Assembly: GCF_902713615.1 (NCBI RefSeq) | Contig: NC_052164.1 | Span: 16,653,360-16,717,359, forward strand | From: Scyliorhinus canicula | Lineage: Eukaryota | DNA: 64,000 nucleotides | Direction: 5' to 3' | In this document: in pieces, positions 1 through 11,010 of the stretch | Numbering within the stretch: the first letter of the stretch is position 1 | How the letters are laid out: every line of letters begins with the position of its first letter | The notes under the pieces: generated by a model | What the model was told of the DNA's origin: nothing | Database searches by the model: none | What the model saw: only the letters and a program-made list of their open reading frames with translations | Position numbers and translations under genes: made by a program

Positions 1-900
1 AGAAGTATGAAAATTCCCTGGCCCTCAGCCTCGCAAACCTCCATGGATCCACCCCTCCCATCTGGTCCATAAATCTCCTCAACACCTTAGCCGCCGCTGG
101 CCTCCTACCCGTCCTGGATCTGGATCAATCCAGTGGCGGATCCAGCACCGTGTTGAAATCCCCCCCCCCCCATTATCAGGCTCCCCCGCCTCCAAATCTG
201 GAATCCGACCCAAGATGCGCCGCATGAAACCCGCATCATCCCAGTTTGGGGCGTATACATTGACCAGCACCATCCACTCCCCCTGCAGCTTGCCGCTTAC
301 CATCACATACCTCCCGCCGCCGTCTGCCAACACATTCGACGCCTCAAACAACACCCTCTTCCCCACCAGGATCACCACCCCCCGATTTTTTGCATCCAGC
401 CCCGAATGAAACACTTGGCCTACCCATCCCTTCTTCAATCTAACCTGATCTGCCACCTTCAGGTGCGTCTCCTGAAGCATGGCCACATCCGCCTTCAGCC
501 CCTTCAGGTGCGCAAACACGCAGGCCCGTTTGACCGGCCCATTCAATCTCCTCACATTCCAGGTTATCAGTCAGATCAGGGGGCTCCCTGCCCCCTCCCC
601 CGTCGACTAGCTATTACCCTTCCTCAGTCCGTCACGTGCCCGCGCCCCCCGCTCAGCCCGTCCCCCACGGCGACAGACCCCCATCCCGACTCCCTCTACA
701 TGCTCCAGCTCCTTCTCGGCCATTCCAGCAGCAACCCCCCACTACTCCGCCCCCCCTCCGAGTCTCCCCCCCCCCCCCCACCAAAGCTAGGGCCCCCCTA
801 GCTGCGTAACCCCTTCCATTGTACTTCCGTAAGTCAGCCGACTCCTGCTGACCCCGGCTGCTCCCGCCACTCCAATGACCCTCCCCAGTTCAACACAACC
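1..900 (-). mobile_element. L1-clade LINE fragment: region upstream of ORF2 plus N-terminal APE endonuclease domain (degenerate, runs off the window)
   Basis: ORF 79..555 (-) contains LNGPVKR, MLQETHL, RGVVIL and NVYAPN motifs of the L1 ORF2 endonuclease; frameshift in the C-run near 160-170. Confidence 0.85.
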
Positions 901-934
901 ACCGCGCCCCCCCCCCCCCCCCCCCCCCCCCAAG

Positions 935-3514
935 TGCTGGCCCCGCCACCACCCATGTGTTAAGCACCTTGGACATTGCCCTCGCAAACCCTTGCCAGAA
1001 TTCTCTAAGCTCCGGGCATGCCCAAAACATATGGACATGGTTTGCAGGGCTGCCCTTGCACCTCATACAACTGTCTTCTACCCCAAAATACTTGCTCATT
1101 CTTGCTGCCGTCATATGTGCCCGATGGACCACCTCAAATTGAATTAGACTGAGCCTGGCACATGATGAGGAGGAATTAACCCTGCCCAGGACTTCTGCCC
1201 ACACATCTGCTTCCAACTCCTCGCCTAGCTCCTCCTCCCACTTGCCCTTGAGCTCGTCCACCGGGGTTTCCTCCGCCTCCTGTAGTTCCTGGTAGATATC
1301 CAACACCCTCCCCTCCCCCACCCAGGTGCCAGAGACCACCCTGTCCTGTATCTTCAGTGGCGGCAGCGTCAGAAAGGCCACAACCTTTTTTCAGGAAGGT
1401 TTGTACTTGCAGATATTTAAAGGCATTTCCTGGCGGCAGATTACATTTGCCCTCTAGCGCCTTCAAACTGGGAAAGCTTCCATCTATGAACAGATCTCCC
1501 ATCCTTCTGATGCCTTCGCTCTGCCAGCTCTGGAACCCACCATCCATCCAACCCGGGACAAACCTGTGATTGTTGCATATCTGGGTCCAGACCGACGCTC
1601 CCTCCACCCTCTTGTACCTCCTCCACGGTCCCCAGATCCGCAGTGTCGCCACCACCGCCGGACTTGTGGAGAAACAGGTCAGCAATAACGGCAAAGGAAT
1701 CATTATCAAAGCTCCCAGACTAGTACCTTTACATGACGTCACCTCCAGCCTCCCCCCCCCCCCCCCCCCCCCCCCCATTGCCCACTTCCTAATCATAGCT
1801 ATATTGGCCGCCCAGTAGTAGTTGCGAAAGTTCGGCAGCGCCAACCCCCCCCCCCCCCCCCCCCCCCCCCGGACTGCGCTCCTCCAGCGATCTCCTGACT
1901 CACGGGGTCTTATTCGCCCACACAAAGCTCGTAATGATCCAACTCACCCGCTTAAAAAAGGCCTTAGGGATGATGATGGGGAGGCACTGAAAGACAAACA
2001 AAAATCTGGGGAGGACAGTAATTTTCACGGTCTGCACCCTCCCTGCCAGTGACAGCGGGAGAATGTCCCACCTTTTAAAGTCCCCTTCCATTTGCTCCAC
2101 CAACCGGGTCAGGTTGAGCCTGTGCAGGGCATTGGGCATCCCATTTCCTGGCCACCTGTATACCCAGGTAACGAAAACTTTTCTCTACCATCCTGAGCGG
2201 CAGCTCTTTCAGTCTCTCCTGCTGCCCCTTGGCCTGGATCGCAAACAACTCGCTCTTTCCCATGTTCAGTTTGTACCCTGAAAAACTACCAAAATCCTTC
2301 AGGATCCGCAGAACCTCCCCCATCCCGTCCACAGGATCCAAAATGTACAGGAGCAAATCATCCGCGTACAGCGAGACCCGATGCTCCACCCCCCGCACCC
2401 CCCGAACCACTCCCCGCCAGTTCCGAGAGGCTCTCAGCGCCATAGCTAGTGGTTCTATAGCTAGGGCAAATAGTAACGGGGAGAGGGGACACCCCTGCCT
2501 CGTTCCCCGGTGAAGCTCGAATTACCCCGACCTCAGCCGGTTTGTACATACACTTGCTACAGGCGCCTGGTACAGCAATTTCACCCAGCCGATAAAGCCC
2601 TCACCAAACCCGAACCTCCCCAGCGTTTCCCAGAGGTACTCCCACTCCACCCGATCAAAGGCTTTCTCTGCGTCCATCGCTGTTACCACCTCCACCTCCC
2701 CTCCCTCTGAGGGCATCATAATAATATTTAAAAGTCTCCGGACATTGGTATTGAGTTGTCTGCCTTTAACAAACCCAGTCTGGTCTTCCTCTATCACCCC
2801 TGGGACGCAATCCTCAATTCTTGTGGCCAGAATCTTAGCTAGCAATTTGTCATCCACGTTTAAAAGCGAAATCGGCCTGTATGACCCGCAATGTTCCGGG
2901 TCCTTCCCCCGTTTAAGAATGAATGAGATTAAAGCCTGTGACATTGTTGGGGAGAGGGTCCCTTTCTCTCTAGCCTCATTGAAGGTCCTCATCAGGAGTG
3001 GGCTCGATAGTTCTGAAAATTTCTCATAGAATTCTACCTGATAACCGTCCGGCCCCAGGGCTTTACCCGATTGCATGCCCTCTATACCCTTGACAATCTC
3101 CTCCAATTCAATTGTGGCCCCCAGCCCCTCCACCAGCTCCTCTTCCACCTTTGGAAACTTCAACTGGTCCAAAAATTGCCTCATCCCTTCTACTCCCGTC
3201 GGGGGCTCCGACTCGTATAGTTTACCATAGAACTACTTAAAGACTCTGTTCACTCACCCTGGATCCAAGACCGTGTTACCCTCCTTATTCTTTACTCCCC
3301 GATATCTCTGGCCACCTCCCTCTTTCGCAGTTGGTGTGCCAGCATTCTACTCGCTTTCTCCCCATACTCATAGACTGGCTCCTTTGCCTTCCTCAGCTGT
3401 GCAACCGCTTTCCCTGTGGTCAGCAGTTCAAACTCCGCCTGCAGACTCCACCGATCCATCAGTAGCCCCACCTCGGGGGCCTCCGCGTATCTCCTGTCCA
3501 CTCGGAGTATCTCC
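935..3514 (-). mobile_element. L1-clade LINE ORF2 fragment (RT domain and C-terminal CCHC), 5'- and 3'-truncated, frameshifted
   Basis: Minus-strand ORFs give [37 protein letters not shown] and CMRC...HMFWAC; the 5' end abuts the hsp30 spacer sequence at ~3514. Confidence 0.9.
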
Positions 3515-3734
3515 TCCCACTCTGCTCAATATCACGTCAACATGTTAAAAATAAATGACAAGAGCAAAACTAGAAAGACAAAGACTGAACCCTCATTCAC
3601 TCACAATATCAGTTTATATTCCATTCTGTTAAACACACCTGGTTGATAAAGAATCTGACATTGCTGCACACACTGCCTGCTGCTATGCTGTCACTCATTA
3701 ACATTGCTCCTCCCATCTATGATGTCCCTGGCTG

Positions 3735-3908
3735 AGAACATTCCGAAAATCTCTGGAAAGGCTCCAGTGGGTGTCACTGAGTCGAGTCATTCTCCTTTAA
3801 ATAAATGATGAGATGAGACGTTATTTATTGTCAACTCACGGGTCATGAACCCAGCAAAGTTGAGTTCATTCTGGAAGAGTCTGCATTTCTGGCAGTAGAA
3901 TATATAAG
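3735..3908 (+). promoter_or_regulatory. hsp30 copy 1 promoter: distal HSE (3735-3759, third unit mutated), partial proximal HSE, TATA box 3901-3908
   Basis: aGAAc aTTCc gaAAa tcTCt gGAAa; TATATAAG 100 nt upstream of the ATG. Confidence 0.75.
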
Positions 3909-4000
3909 GCGTGTGTTCTGAGTGCTGCAGCAGATCAGAGACTGAAGACTGACAGTTCACATCAGTGGCTTTGAGAGAAGTGAGAGAAGAGGCAGAGACA

Positions 4001-4594
4001 ATGCTGAGCTGTCGGGCTTTCCCCCCTTCACGTCTGTGCCAGCAGCCTGTGTACACATTGTGGCCTGTTCCACACAGGGTCTGTCAGCCACTGGAATGCA
4101 AAATGTGGAATCAGGTGGAAGAAGCAAGAAAGAGCATGAACTTCACGGATAGAGTTCTTGGGGAGCTGGCAAAAGAATTTTGGGAGGATAAGCCAAACAA
4201 TCAGGACAGCCGACCTGATGATAATGAAGAAGGTAAAAGACAATCAGGGGACAAGGATGGAGATGGATTTTCTCTGTCCCTGGATGTGCAGCGATTCTCC
4301 CCAGAAGAACTGAAGGTGAAAGTACTTGGAAGAAAAGTGCTGGTGACAGGAAAACACGAGAAGAAAAGGGATGATGGCAGCGGCTCTTACAGCTACAAAT
4401 ATGAAGAGTTCAGGAGAGAATTTCAGCTGCCAGACGATGCCGATGCTGAAGCTCTGAACTGCTGTTTGTCACAGGACGGTCGGTTAAAGGTTCAATCCCC
4501 ACGCCTGGCACTGCCAGCCGGGCATGAACGAACTGTGCCCGTCAGCATCACCTCTGACATAACAACCACACCCCCCACCCCGGCTAAATCCTGA
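4001..4594 (+). CDS. hsp30: Small heat shock protein HSP30/HSPB9-like, copy 1 (197 aa; alpha-crystallin domain intact, C-terminal tail cut by a +7 frameshift)
   Basis: ATG at 4001; FSLSLDVQRFSPEELKVKV...FRREFQLPDD...LSQDGRLKV alpha-crystallin domain; LWP N-terminal motif of HSP30; intronless. Confidence 0.85.
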   Translation: MLSCRAFPPSRLCQQPVYTLWPVPHRVCQPLECKMWNQVEEARKSMNFTDRVLGELAKEFWEDKPNNQDSRPDDNEEGKRQSGDKDGDGFSLSLDVQRFSPEELKVKVLGRKVLVTGKHEKKRDDGSGSYSYKYEEFRREFQLPDDADAEALNCCLSQDGRLKVQSPRLALPAGHERTVPVSITSDITTTPPTPAKS

Positions 4595-5284
4595 CCAAGA
4601 GGCACAGAGACAGGAGAGTGGGAAGGATGAGAAGAGAAATTAGGTGGATGGGAAAATGGACAATTAAAACTCATTTCCAGTGAAATTTTGTAAGAAGTAG
4701 GAATTGTTTATAGACAGACATGAGTTTCTGTGACCCTGACATGAGGGGACAATGCTGAAAGTTAATTATTTCCACTTGTATTCCACTTGTCAGCGTTAAT
4801 GTGGAGTATTTCTATGTGTATGTATATTGGAATAATAAAAACTTTCGAATGAAATGATGATGATTTGGCTTTTTTACTTCATAGAAAGAAATTGATATTA
4901 AACAACTGGAATCTAAATAATGACGTCCTTTCCACTCAGTAAAAAAAAACTTATTTAAAATTGGATTAATTTAAAACCCAGACAAATAATTCAATCATCA
5001 GCCAAGATCTGCCTCAAAGAGAATTTAGCTCATTAAAAGATATATCAAACTATTGTACAGAGCCAGTGCCCCAACACCTCTGTATTACTCTCCAGCCTCA
5101 CAATGAGCAGCAGCAACAGCTTTTCATCCAACACAGACAAAAGACAGGACACCACTCAATTACTGAATGGTAGTAACATCTTTCATTGGGGTTATCTGTT
5201 CGATATAAATTTCTGGGAATAAACCACGCCAACAGCTTTGCAAACAACTTTTATTTTGCATTATTTATTTGTATAATATTTTTT

Positions 5285-5475
5285 TTTAAATTTAGTGTGC
5301 CCAATATTTTTTATTCCCAATTAAGGAGCAATTTAATGTGGCTAATCCACCTAACCCACATCTTTGGATTGTAGGGCTGCGACCCACATAGACATGGGGA
5401 GAATGTGCATACCCCACATGGATTGTGACCTAGAGCCGGGATAGAACGCGGGTCCTTAGCGTCGTGAGGCAGCAG
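5285..5475 (-). mobile_element. Degenerate tRNA-derived SINE, short A-tailed form
   Basis: caattaagg..caattta..gtggc.aatccacctaacc..cacatctttgg core shared with the intact copy at 25077-25302. Confidence 0.75.
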
Positions 5476-5534
5476 CAAACAACTTTTATAATATTTCAGT
5501 TCAATAATATTATTGATCCTGTACCCTTGATCAT

Positions 5535-6345
5535 CAGAACATAAAAACAGGAGCAGGTGTAGGTCATTCAGCTGCTTCAGTTTCCTTCATCTTTCAATAG
5601 GATCATTGATGGTCATCTTCCAAGATTATATCGACTCTGGAGCAGTTCCTATTGGTTAGAGGGTAGCTAATGTAACCCCACTATTTAAAAGGGGAGGCAA
5701 AGATAAAACACAGAATTATAGACCAGTCAGCCTGACATCGCTCGGGACAAAAGTTTTAGAGTCCATTATCAAAATTTTATTAGCAGAGCACTTGGAAAAC
5801 AGTGGCAGAATCAGACAGAGAACATGGATTTACCAAAGGGAAATCATGTTTGTCAAATCTATTGGAATTCTTTGGAGATGTAGCTTATACAGTTGAGGGT
5901 GAGCCAGTGGATGTGGTTGATTTGATAGAAACCACACAGTGCAGCAGGCCATTGGCTCATCGAGTCTGCACCGACCCACAAAATGCGGCCCTTCCAGGTC
6001 CACACCTCCAGCCTAGCCATGTAAACAGGTAACTCCAACTAATATTTGGACTCTAAGGGGCAATTAAGCACAGCAGTCACTTCACCCGTCCATTTTTGGA
6101 TTTACAGAAGGCTTTCGACAAAGTCCCACATAAGAGATTAGACTGGAAAGTAAAAACGCATGGGATTGGGCTAGTCTATTGAGGTGGAGAGAAAACTCAT
6201 CGAAGACAGGAAACAAAGAGTAGGAATAGAGATATATTTTTCTAAATGGCAGCCAGAGACTAGTGGGTTACAATAGGGATTGGTGCTGGCTCATCAGCTA
6301 TCCACAATTTATATTCATGATTTAGGTGAGGGAAATAAATGTAAT
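5535..6345 (+). mobile_element. Degenerate CR1-type LINE RT fragments carried in the repeat unit (paralogs ~10660-11825, ~25330-25815, ~30240-31425, ~32435-33030)
   Basis: Remnants of NYRPVSLTS, HGFTKGKSCLSNLLEFF, DFQKAFDKVPH and RKQRVG motifs. Confidence 0.75.
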
Positions 6346-6724
6346 AGGCACGATTCAACTAAAAGGGAACAAAGTCCCACAGCGAGCGCGTTTAGCCTCA
6401 TGCTTCCCTGTGATTGCAGCGCTGAGAAACACATGGCTATAAAATGCTTCTCACGTTAAATAGTGGGCATAATTGGGGAAGGCCAAGGCCGCGCATAGCC
6501 CCATTTTGTGAATTGAGGAGCTCCGCTCACCAGATCCCCTCAGCGCAGCAAGAGATCGGGATGTATTTTTAAATGGCATCTTGATCTCCAAGGCCCAAGG
6601 TGCAACCCCCCATTCCCATCCCCCCCAAGGCCCAACGCACAATAAGAGGGTTCCAGCCCCCCACCCACCCACCCAAAACCCACCCCAGCACCTTCGGCCC
6701 GATCACCAGCACACAAAAAGATGT

Positions 6725-7085
6725 TGTTGTGCCAGTGGGACTCGGAGCTACTGAAGGTGGGGGTGTGGGTGAGTGACCTGGCAGAATTCCAGCATTTGGA
6801 GAACAGGAAGATCTCATTACGGGGGATTTGGGGGGGGGGAAGGAGCTGTTCAGCCGGAGGTGGAAGCCGTTCATCGATTACATCAAGGTGGATTAAGGTG
6901 TCAGCCGGGGTACGGGGAGGGGGGTTGGTTTTGGGGGGAAAATAAGAGGGGGAAAAGCCAAGGGGGCAGGAAGAGTTGTGGGCTTGATATCGGTGGTTGT
7001 TGTGGGCCTGTGTCCTTTGTTTCTGTGGTTTTCTGGTATATCTATGTACATATGCAAAATGCCTTCCCGGAATATTTTTTCAAAA
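6725..7085 (+). mobile_element. Old L1 3'-end fragment lying downstream of each minus-strand hsp30 (paralogs ~13170-13672, ~26200-26570, ~33890-34255)
   Basis: Similar to the L1 ORF2 end (WRDS.PP...W..DL.EF..LE.., RRW.PFID) followed by a G-rich 3'UTR and A-rich tail. Confidence 0.7.
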
Positions 7086-7417
7086 AGGGAATTCATTCCC
7101 TGGGTTTCAAAATAATCCAATTGACAATGATTTTTTGTTTTACTGAGTGTTAAATAAGTAAGTACCTAGTTTTCAGTTGTTTAATATCAATTCATTTTTA
7201 TGAAGTAATACAGCTGAATCATCATCAATACATTCAAAAGTATTTATTATTCCAATATACGCATACTTAGAAATAATCCGCAACAATGCTGGTAACAGCA
7301 CAGTACCAAAATAAAATAATTAACTTTCAGCATTATGCCCTCAGGTCAGGATCACAGAAACCCATTTCTGTCTTTAAACAATTCTTACTTCTCACAAAGG
7401 TTCACTGTAAATAAGTT

Positions 7418-8077
7418 TTAATTGTCCACTTTCCCATCCACCTCATTTCTCTTCTCATCTTTCCCACTCTCCCGTCTCTGTGCCTCTTGGTCAGGATTTA
7501 GCCGGGGAGTGGTTTTTGCGTCAGAGGTGATGTTGACGGGCACAGTTCGTTCATTCCCGGCTGGCAGTGCCAGGCGTGGGGCTTGAACCTTTAGCCGACC
7601 GTCCTGTGACAAACAGCAGTTCAGAGCTTCAGCATCGACATCGTCTGGCAGCTGAAATTCTCTCCTGAACTCTTCATATTTGTAGCTGTAAGAGCCGCTG
7701 CCATCATCCCTTTTCTTCTCGTGTTTTCCTGTCACCAGCACTTTTCTTCCAAGTACTTTCACCTTCAGTTCTTCTGGGGAGAATCGCTGCACATCCAGGG
7801 ACAGAGAAAATCCATCACCATCCTTGTCCCCTGATTGTCTTTTACCTTCTTCATTATCATCAGGTCTGTGGTCCTGATTGTTCGATTTTTCCACCAGAAA
7901 TTCTTTTGCCAGCTCCCCAAGAACTCTATCCATGAAGTTCATGCTCTTTCTTGCTTCTTCCACCTGATTCCACATGTTGCATTCCAGCGACTGACAGACT
8001 CTGTGTGGAACAGGCCACAATGTGTACACAGGCTGCTGGCACAGACGTGAAGGGGGGAAAGCCCGACAGCTCAGCAT
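7418..8077 (-). CDS. hsp30: HSP30/HSPB9-like, copy 2 (219 aa, intact)
   Basis: ATG at 8077, TAA at 7418; complete alpha-crystallin domain and VPV motif; TATA and HSE upstream. Confidence 0.9.
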   Translation of the reverse strand: MLSCRAFPPSRLCQQPVYTLWPVPHRVCQSLECNMWNQVEEARKSMNFMDRVLGELAKEFLVEKSNNQDHRPDDNEEGKRQSGDKDGDGFSLSLDVQRFSPEELKVKVLGRKVLVTGKHEKKRDDGSGSYSYKYEEFRREFQLPDDVDAEALNCCLSQDGRLKVQAPRLALPAGNERTVPVNITSDAKTTPRLNPDQEAQRRESGKDEKRNEVDGKVDN

Positions 8078-8169
8078 TGTCTCTGCCTCTTCTCTCACTT
8101 CTCTCAAAGCCACTGATGTGAACTGAAAGTCTTCAGTCTCTGATCTGCTGCAGCACTCAGAACACACGC

Positions 8170-8343
8170 CTTATATATTCTACTGTCAGAAATCCAGACC
8201 CTTCCAGAATGGACTCAACTTTGCTGGGTTCATGACATGTGAGTGGACAATAAATGACGTCTCATCTCATCCTCGATTTAAAGGAGAATGACTCGACTCA
8301 GTGACACCCACTGGAGCCATTCCAGAGATTTCCGGAATGTTCT
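8170..8343 (-). promoter_or_regulatory. Copy 2 promoter: TATA box, CRE-like TGACGTCT, HSE 8319-8343
   Basis: aTTCc aGAga tTTCc gGAAt gTTCt inverted nGAAn array; cttatata at ~8170. Confidence 0.8.
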
Positions 8344-8440
8344 CAGCCAGGGACATCATAGATGGGAGGAGCAATGTTAATGAGTGACAGCCTAGCAACA
8401 GGCAGTGTGTGCAGCAATGTCAGATTCTTTATCAACCGGG

Positions 8441-8786
8441 AGCTGAGAGATTCTGGATATATCAGTAATTCACTATTCATTTTCAATATTTGCAAACCTG
8501 ACAACAAGTTACCTAACGGACAACAGGTAAATTATAAACTTTATTTGTACCTATTTGATTTTTAAATATATATTAACATTCATACAAGGGAACAAATGCC
8601 TCTCTGTGGGATAGAATCAGAACCTCACTGAAGCTAAACCAAACTGGTTTGAATTTCCCTCCTTCCCACTCTGCTCAATATCACGTCAACATGTTAAAAA
8701 TCAATGACAAGAGCAAAACTAGAAAGACAAAGACTGAACCCTCATTCACTCACAATTTCAGTTTATATTCCATTCGGTTAAACACA
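8441..8786. other. Unique 346-bp spacer between the inverted arms of hsp30 pair A
   Basis: Bounded by gattctttatcaaccggg and its reverse complement cccggttgataaagaatc. Confidence 0.9.
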
Positions 8787-8883
8787 CCCGGTTGATAAAG
8801 AATCTGACATTGCTGCACACAATGCCTGCTGCTAGGCTGTCACTCATTAACATTGCTCCTCCCATCTGTGCTGTCCCTGGCTG

Positions 8884-9057
8884 AGAACATTCCGGAAATA
8901 TCTGGAAAGGCTCCAGTGGGTGTCACTGAGTCGAGTCATTCTCCTTTAAATCAAGGATAAGACGAGACGTCATTTATTGTCAACTCACGGGTCATGAACC
9001 CAGCAAAGTTGAGTTCATTCTGGAAAGGTCTGGGTTTCTGGCAGTAGAATATATGAG
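8884..9057 (+). promoter_or_regulatory. Copy 3 promoter: HSE 8884-8908, variant TATA (TATATGAG)
   Basis: aGAAc aTTCc gGAAa taTCt gGAAa. Confidence 0.75.
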
Positions 9058-9149
9058 GCGTGTGTTCTGAGTGCTGCAGCAGATCAGAGACTGAAGACTG
9101 GCAGTTCACATCAGTGGCTTTGAGAGAAGTGAGAGAAGAGGCAGAGACA

Positions 9150-9809
9150 ATGCTGAGCTGTCGGGCTTTCCCCCCTTCACGTCTGTGCCAGCAGCCTGTG
9201 TACACATTGTGGCCTGTTCCACACAGGGTCTGTCAGTCGCTGGAATGCAACATGTGGAATCAGGTGGAAGAAGCAAGAAAGAGCATGAACTTCATGGATA
9301 GAGTTCTTGGGGAGCTGGCAAAAGAATTTCTGGTGGAAAAACCAAACAATCAGGACAACAGACCTGATGATAATGAAGAAGGTAAAAGACAATCAGGGGA
9401 CAAGGATGGAGATGGATTTTCTCTGTCCCTGGATGTGCAGCGATTCTCCCCAGAAGAACTGAAGGTGAAAGTACTTGGAAGAAAAGTACTGGTGACAGGA
9501 AAACACGAGAAGAAAAGGGATGATGGCAGCGGCTCTTACAGCTACAAATATGAAGAGTTCAGGAGAGAATTTCAGTTGCCAGACGATGTTGATGCTGAAG
9601 CTCTGAACTGCTGTCTGTCACAGGACGGTCGGTTAAAGGTTCAAGCCCCACGCCTGGCACTGCCAACCGGGAATGAACGAACTGTGCCCTTCAACATCAC
9701 CTCTTACATAACAACCACCCCCCGGCTAAATCCTGACCAAGAGGCACAGAGACAGGAGAGTGGGAAAGATGAGAAGATAAATGAGGCGGATGGAAAAATG
9801 GAAAATTAA
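9150..9809 (+). CDS. hsp30: HSP30/HSPB9-like, copy 3 (219 aa, intact)
   Basis: ATG at 9150, TAA at 9809; AATAAA at 9983-9988. Confidence 0.9.
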   Translation: MLSCRAFPPSRLCQQPVYTLWPVPHRVCQSLECNMWNQVEEARKSMNFMDRVLGELAKEFLVEKPNNQDNRPDDNEEGKRQSGDKDGDGFSLSLDVQRFSPEELKVKVLGRKVLVTGKHEKKRDDGSGSYSYKYEEFRREFQLPDDVDAEALNCCLSQDGRLKVQAPRLALPTGNERTVPFNITSYITTTPRLNPDQEAQRQESGKDEKINEADGKMEN

Positions 9810-11010
9810 AACTCATTTACAGTGAACTTTTTAAAGAAGTAAGAGTTGTTTATCGACAGAACTGAGCTTCTGTGACCCTGACAGGGGACAATGCTGAAAG
9901 TTAATTATTTCCACTTGTATTTTGGTACAGTGCTGTTGTCAGCGTTAATGTGGAGTATTTCTATGTGTATGTATATTGGAATAATAAATACTTTTGAATG
10001 AAATGATGATGATTTGGCTTTTTTACTTCATAGAAAGAAATTGATATTAAACAACTGGAACTAAATAATGACTTATTTTCCACTCAGTAAAAAAAAACTT
10101 TTAAATTGGATTAACTGAAAACCCAGACAAATAATTCAATCAGCCAAGATCTGCCTCAAAGAGAATTTAGCTCATTAAAAGATATATCAAACTATTGTAC
10201 AGAGCCAGTGCCCCAACACCTCTGTATTACTCTCCAGCCTCACAATGAGCAGCAGCAACAGCTTGTCATCCAACACAGACACAAGACAGGACACCACTCA
10301 ATTACTGAGTGGTGGAAACATCTTTCATTGGGGTTACCTGTTTGACATAAATACCTGGGAAGTAAACCATCCTAACAGCTTTGCAATCTTCTATTTCACT
10401 TTATTTATTTATTTAATTAAAAAATAAATTTAGAGTACCCAATAATTTGTTTTCCAATCAAGGGGTAATTTAACGTGGCCAATCCACCTGACCTGCACAT
10501 CTTTGGGCTGTGGGGGTGTGACCCTCATCAACATAGGGAGAATGCGCAAACTCCACATGGACTGTGACCCAGAGCCGGGATCGAACGCGGGAGGCAGCAG
10601 CAAACAACTTTTATAATGTTTCAGTTCAATAACATTATTGATCCAGGACCCTTGATCATCAGAACTTTAATAAGGAGCAGTTGTAGGCCATTCATCTGCT
10701 TCAGTCTCCTTCACCTTTCAATAGGATCATTGGTTGCCATCTTCCAAGATTATATAGATTCTGGAGCAGTTCCTATTGGTTAGAGGGTAGCTCATGTAAC
10801 CCCACTATTTAAAAGGGGAGGCAGAGGTAAACACAGAATTATAGACCAGTCAGCCTGACATTGGTAGTGGGGACAAATTTAAAGTCCATTATCAAAGAAT
10901 TATTAGCAGACCACTGAGAAAACAGTCAGAATCAGACAGAGAACATGGATTTACCAAAGGGAATTCATGTTTGACAAATCTATGGGAATTCTTTGAGGAT
11001 GGGGCATTTG

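Noticed and set aside
4028-4243. 71-aa antisense ORF (MSFTFFIIIRS...) repeated in every copy
   Set aside because: Shadow of the duplicated hsp30 CDS, with a non-ATG start and no independent evidence
9060-9149. 30-aa N-terminal extension (MCSECCSRSE...) in the ORF track for the hsp30 copies
   Set aside because: It starts at a GTG only ~10 nt after the TATA box, upstream of the expected transcription start; the first ATG gives a normal HSP30 N-terminus
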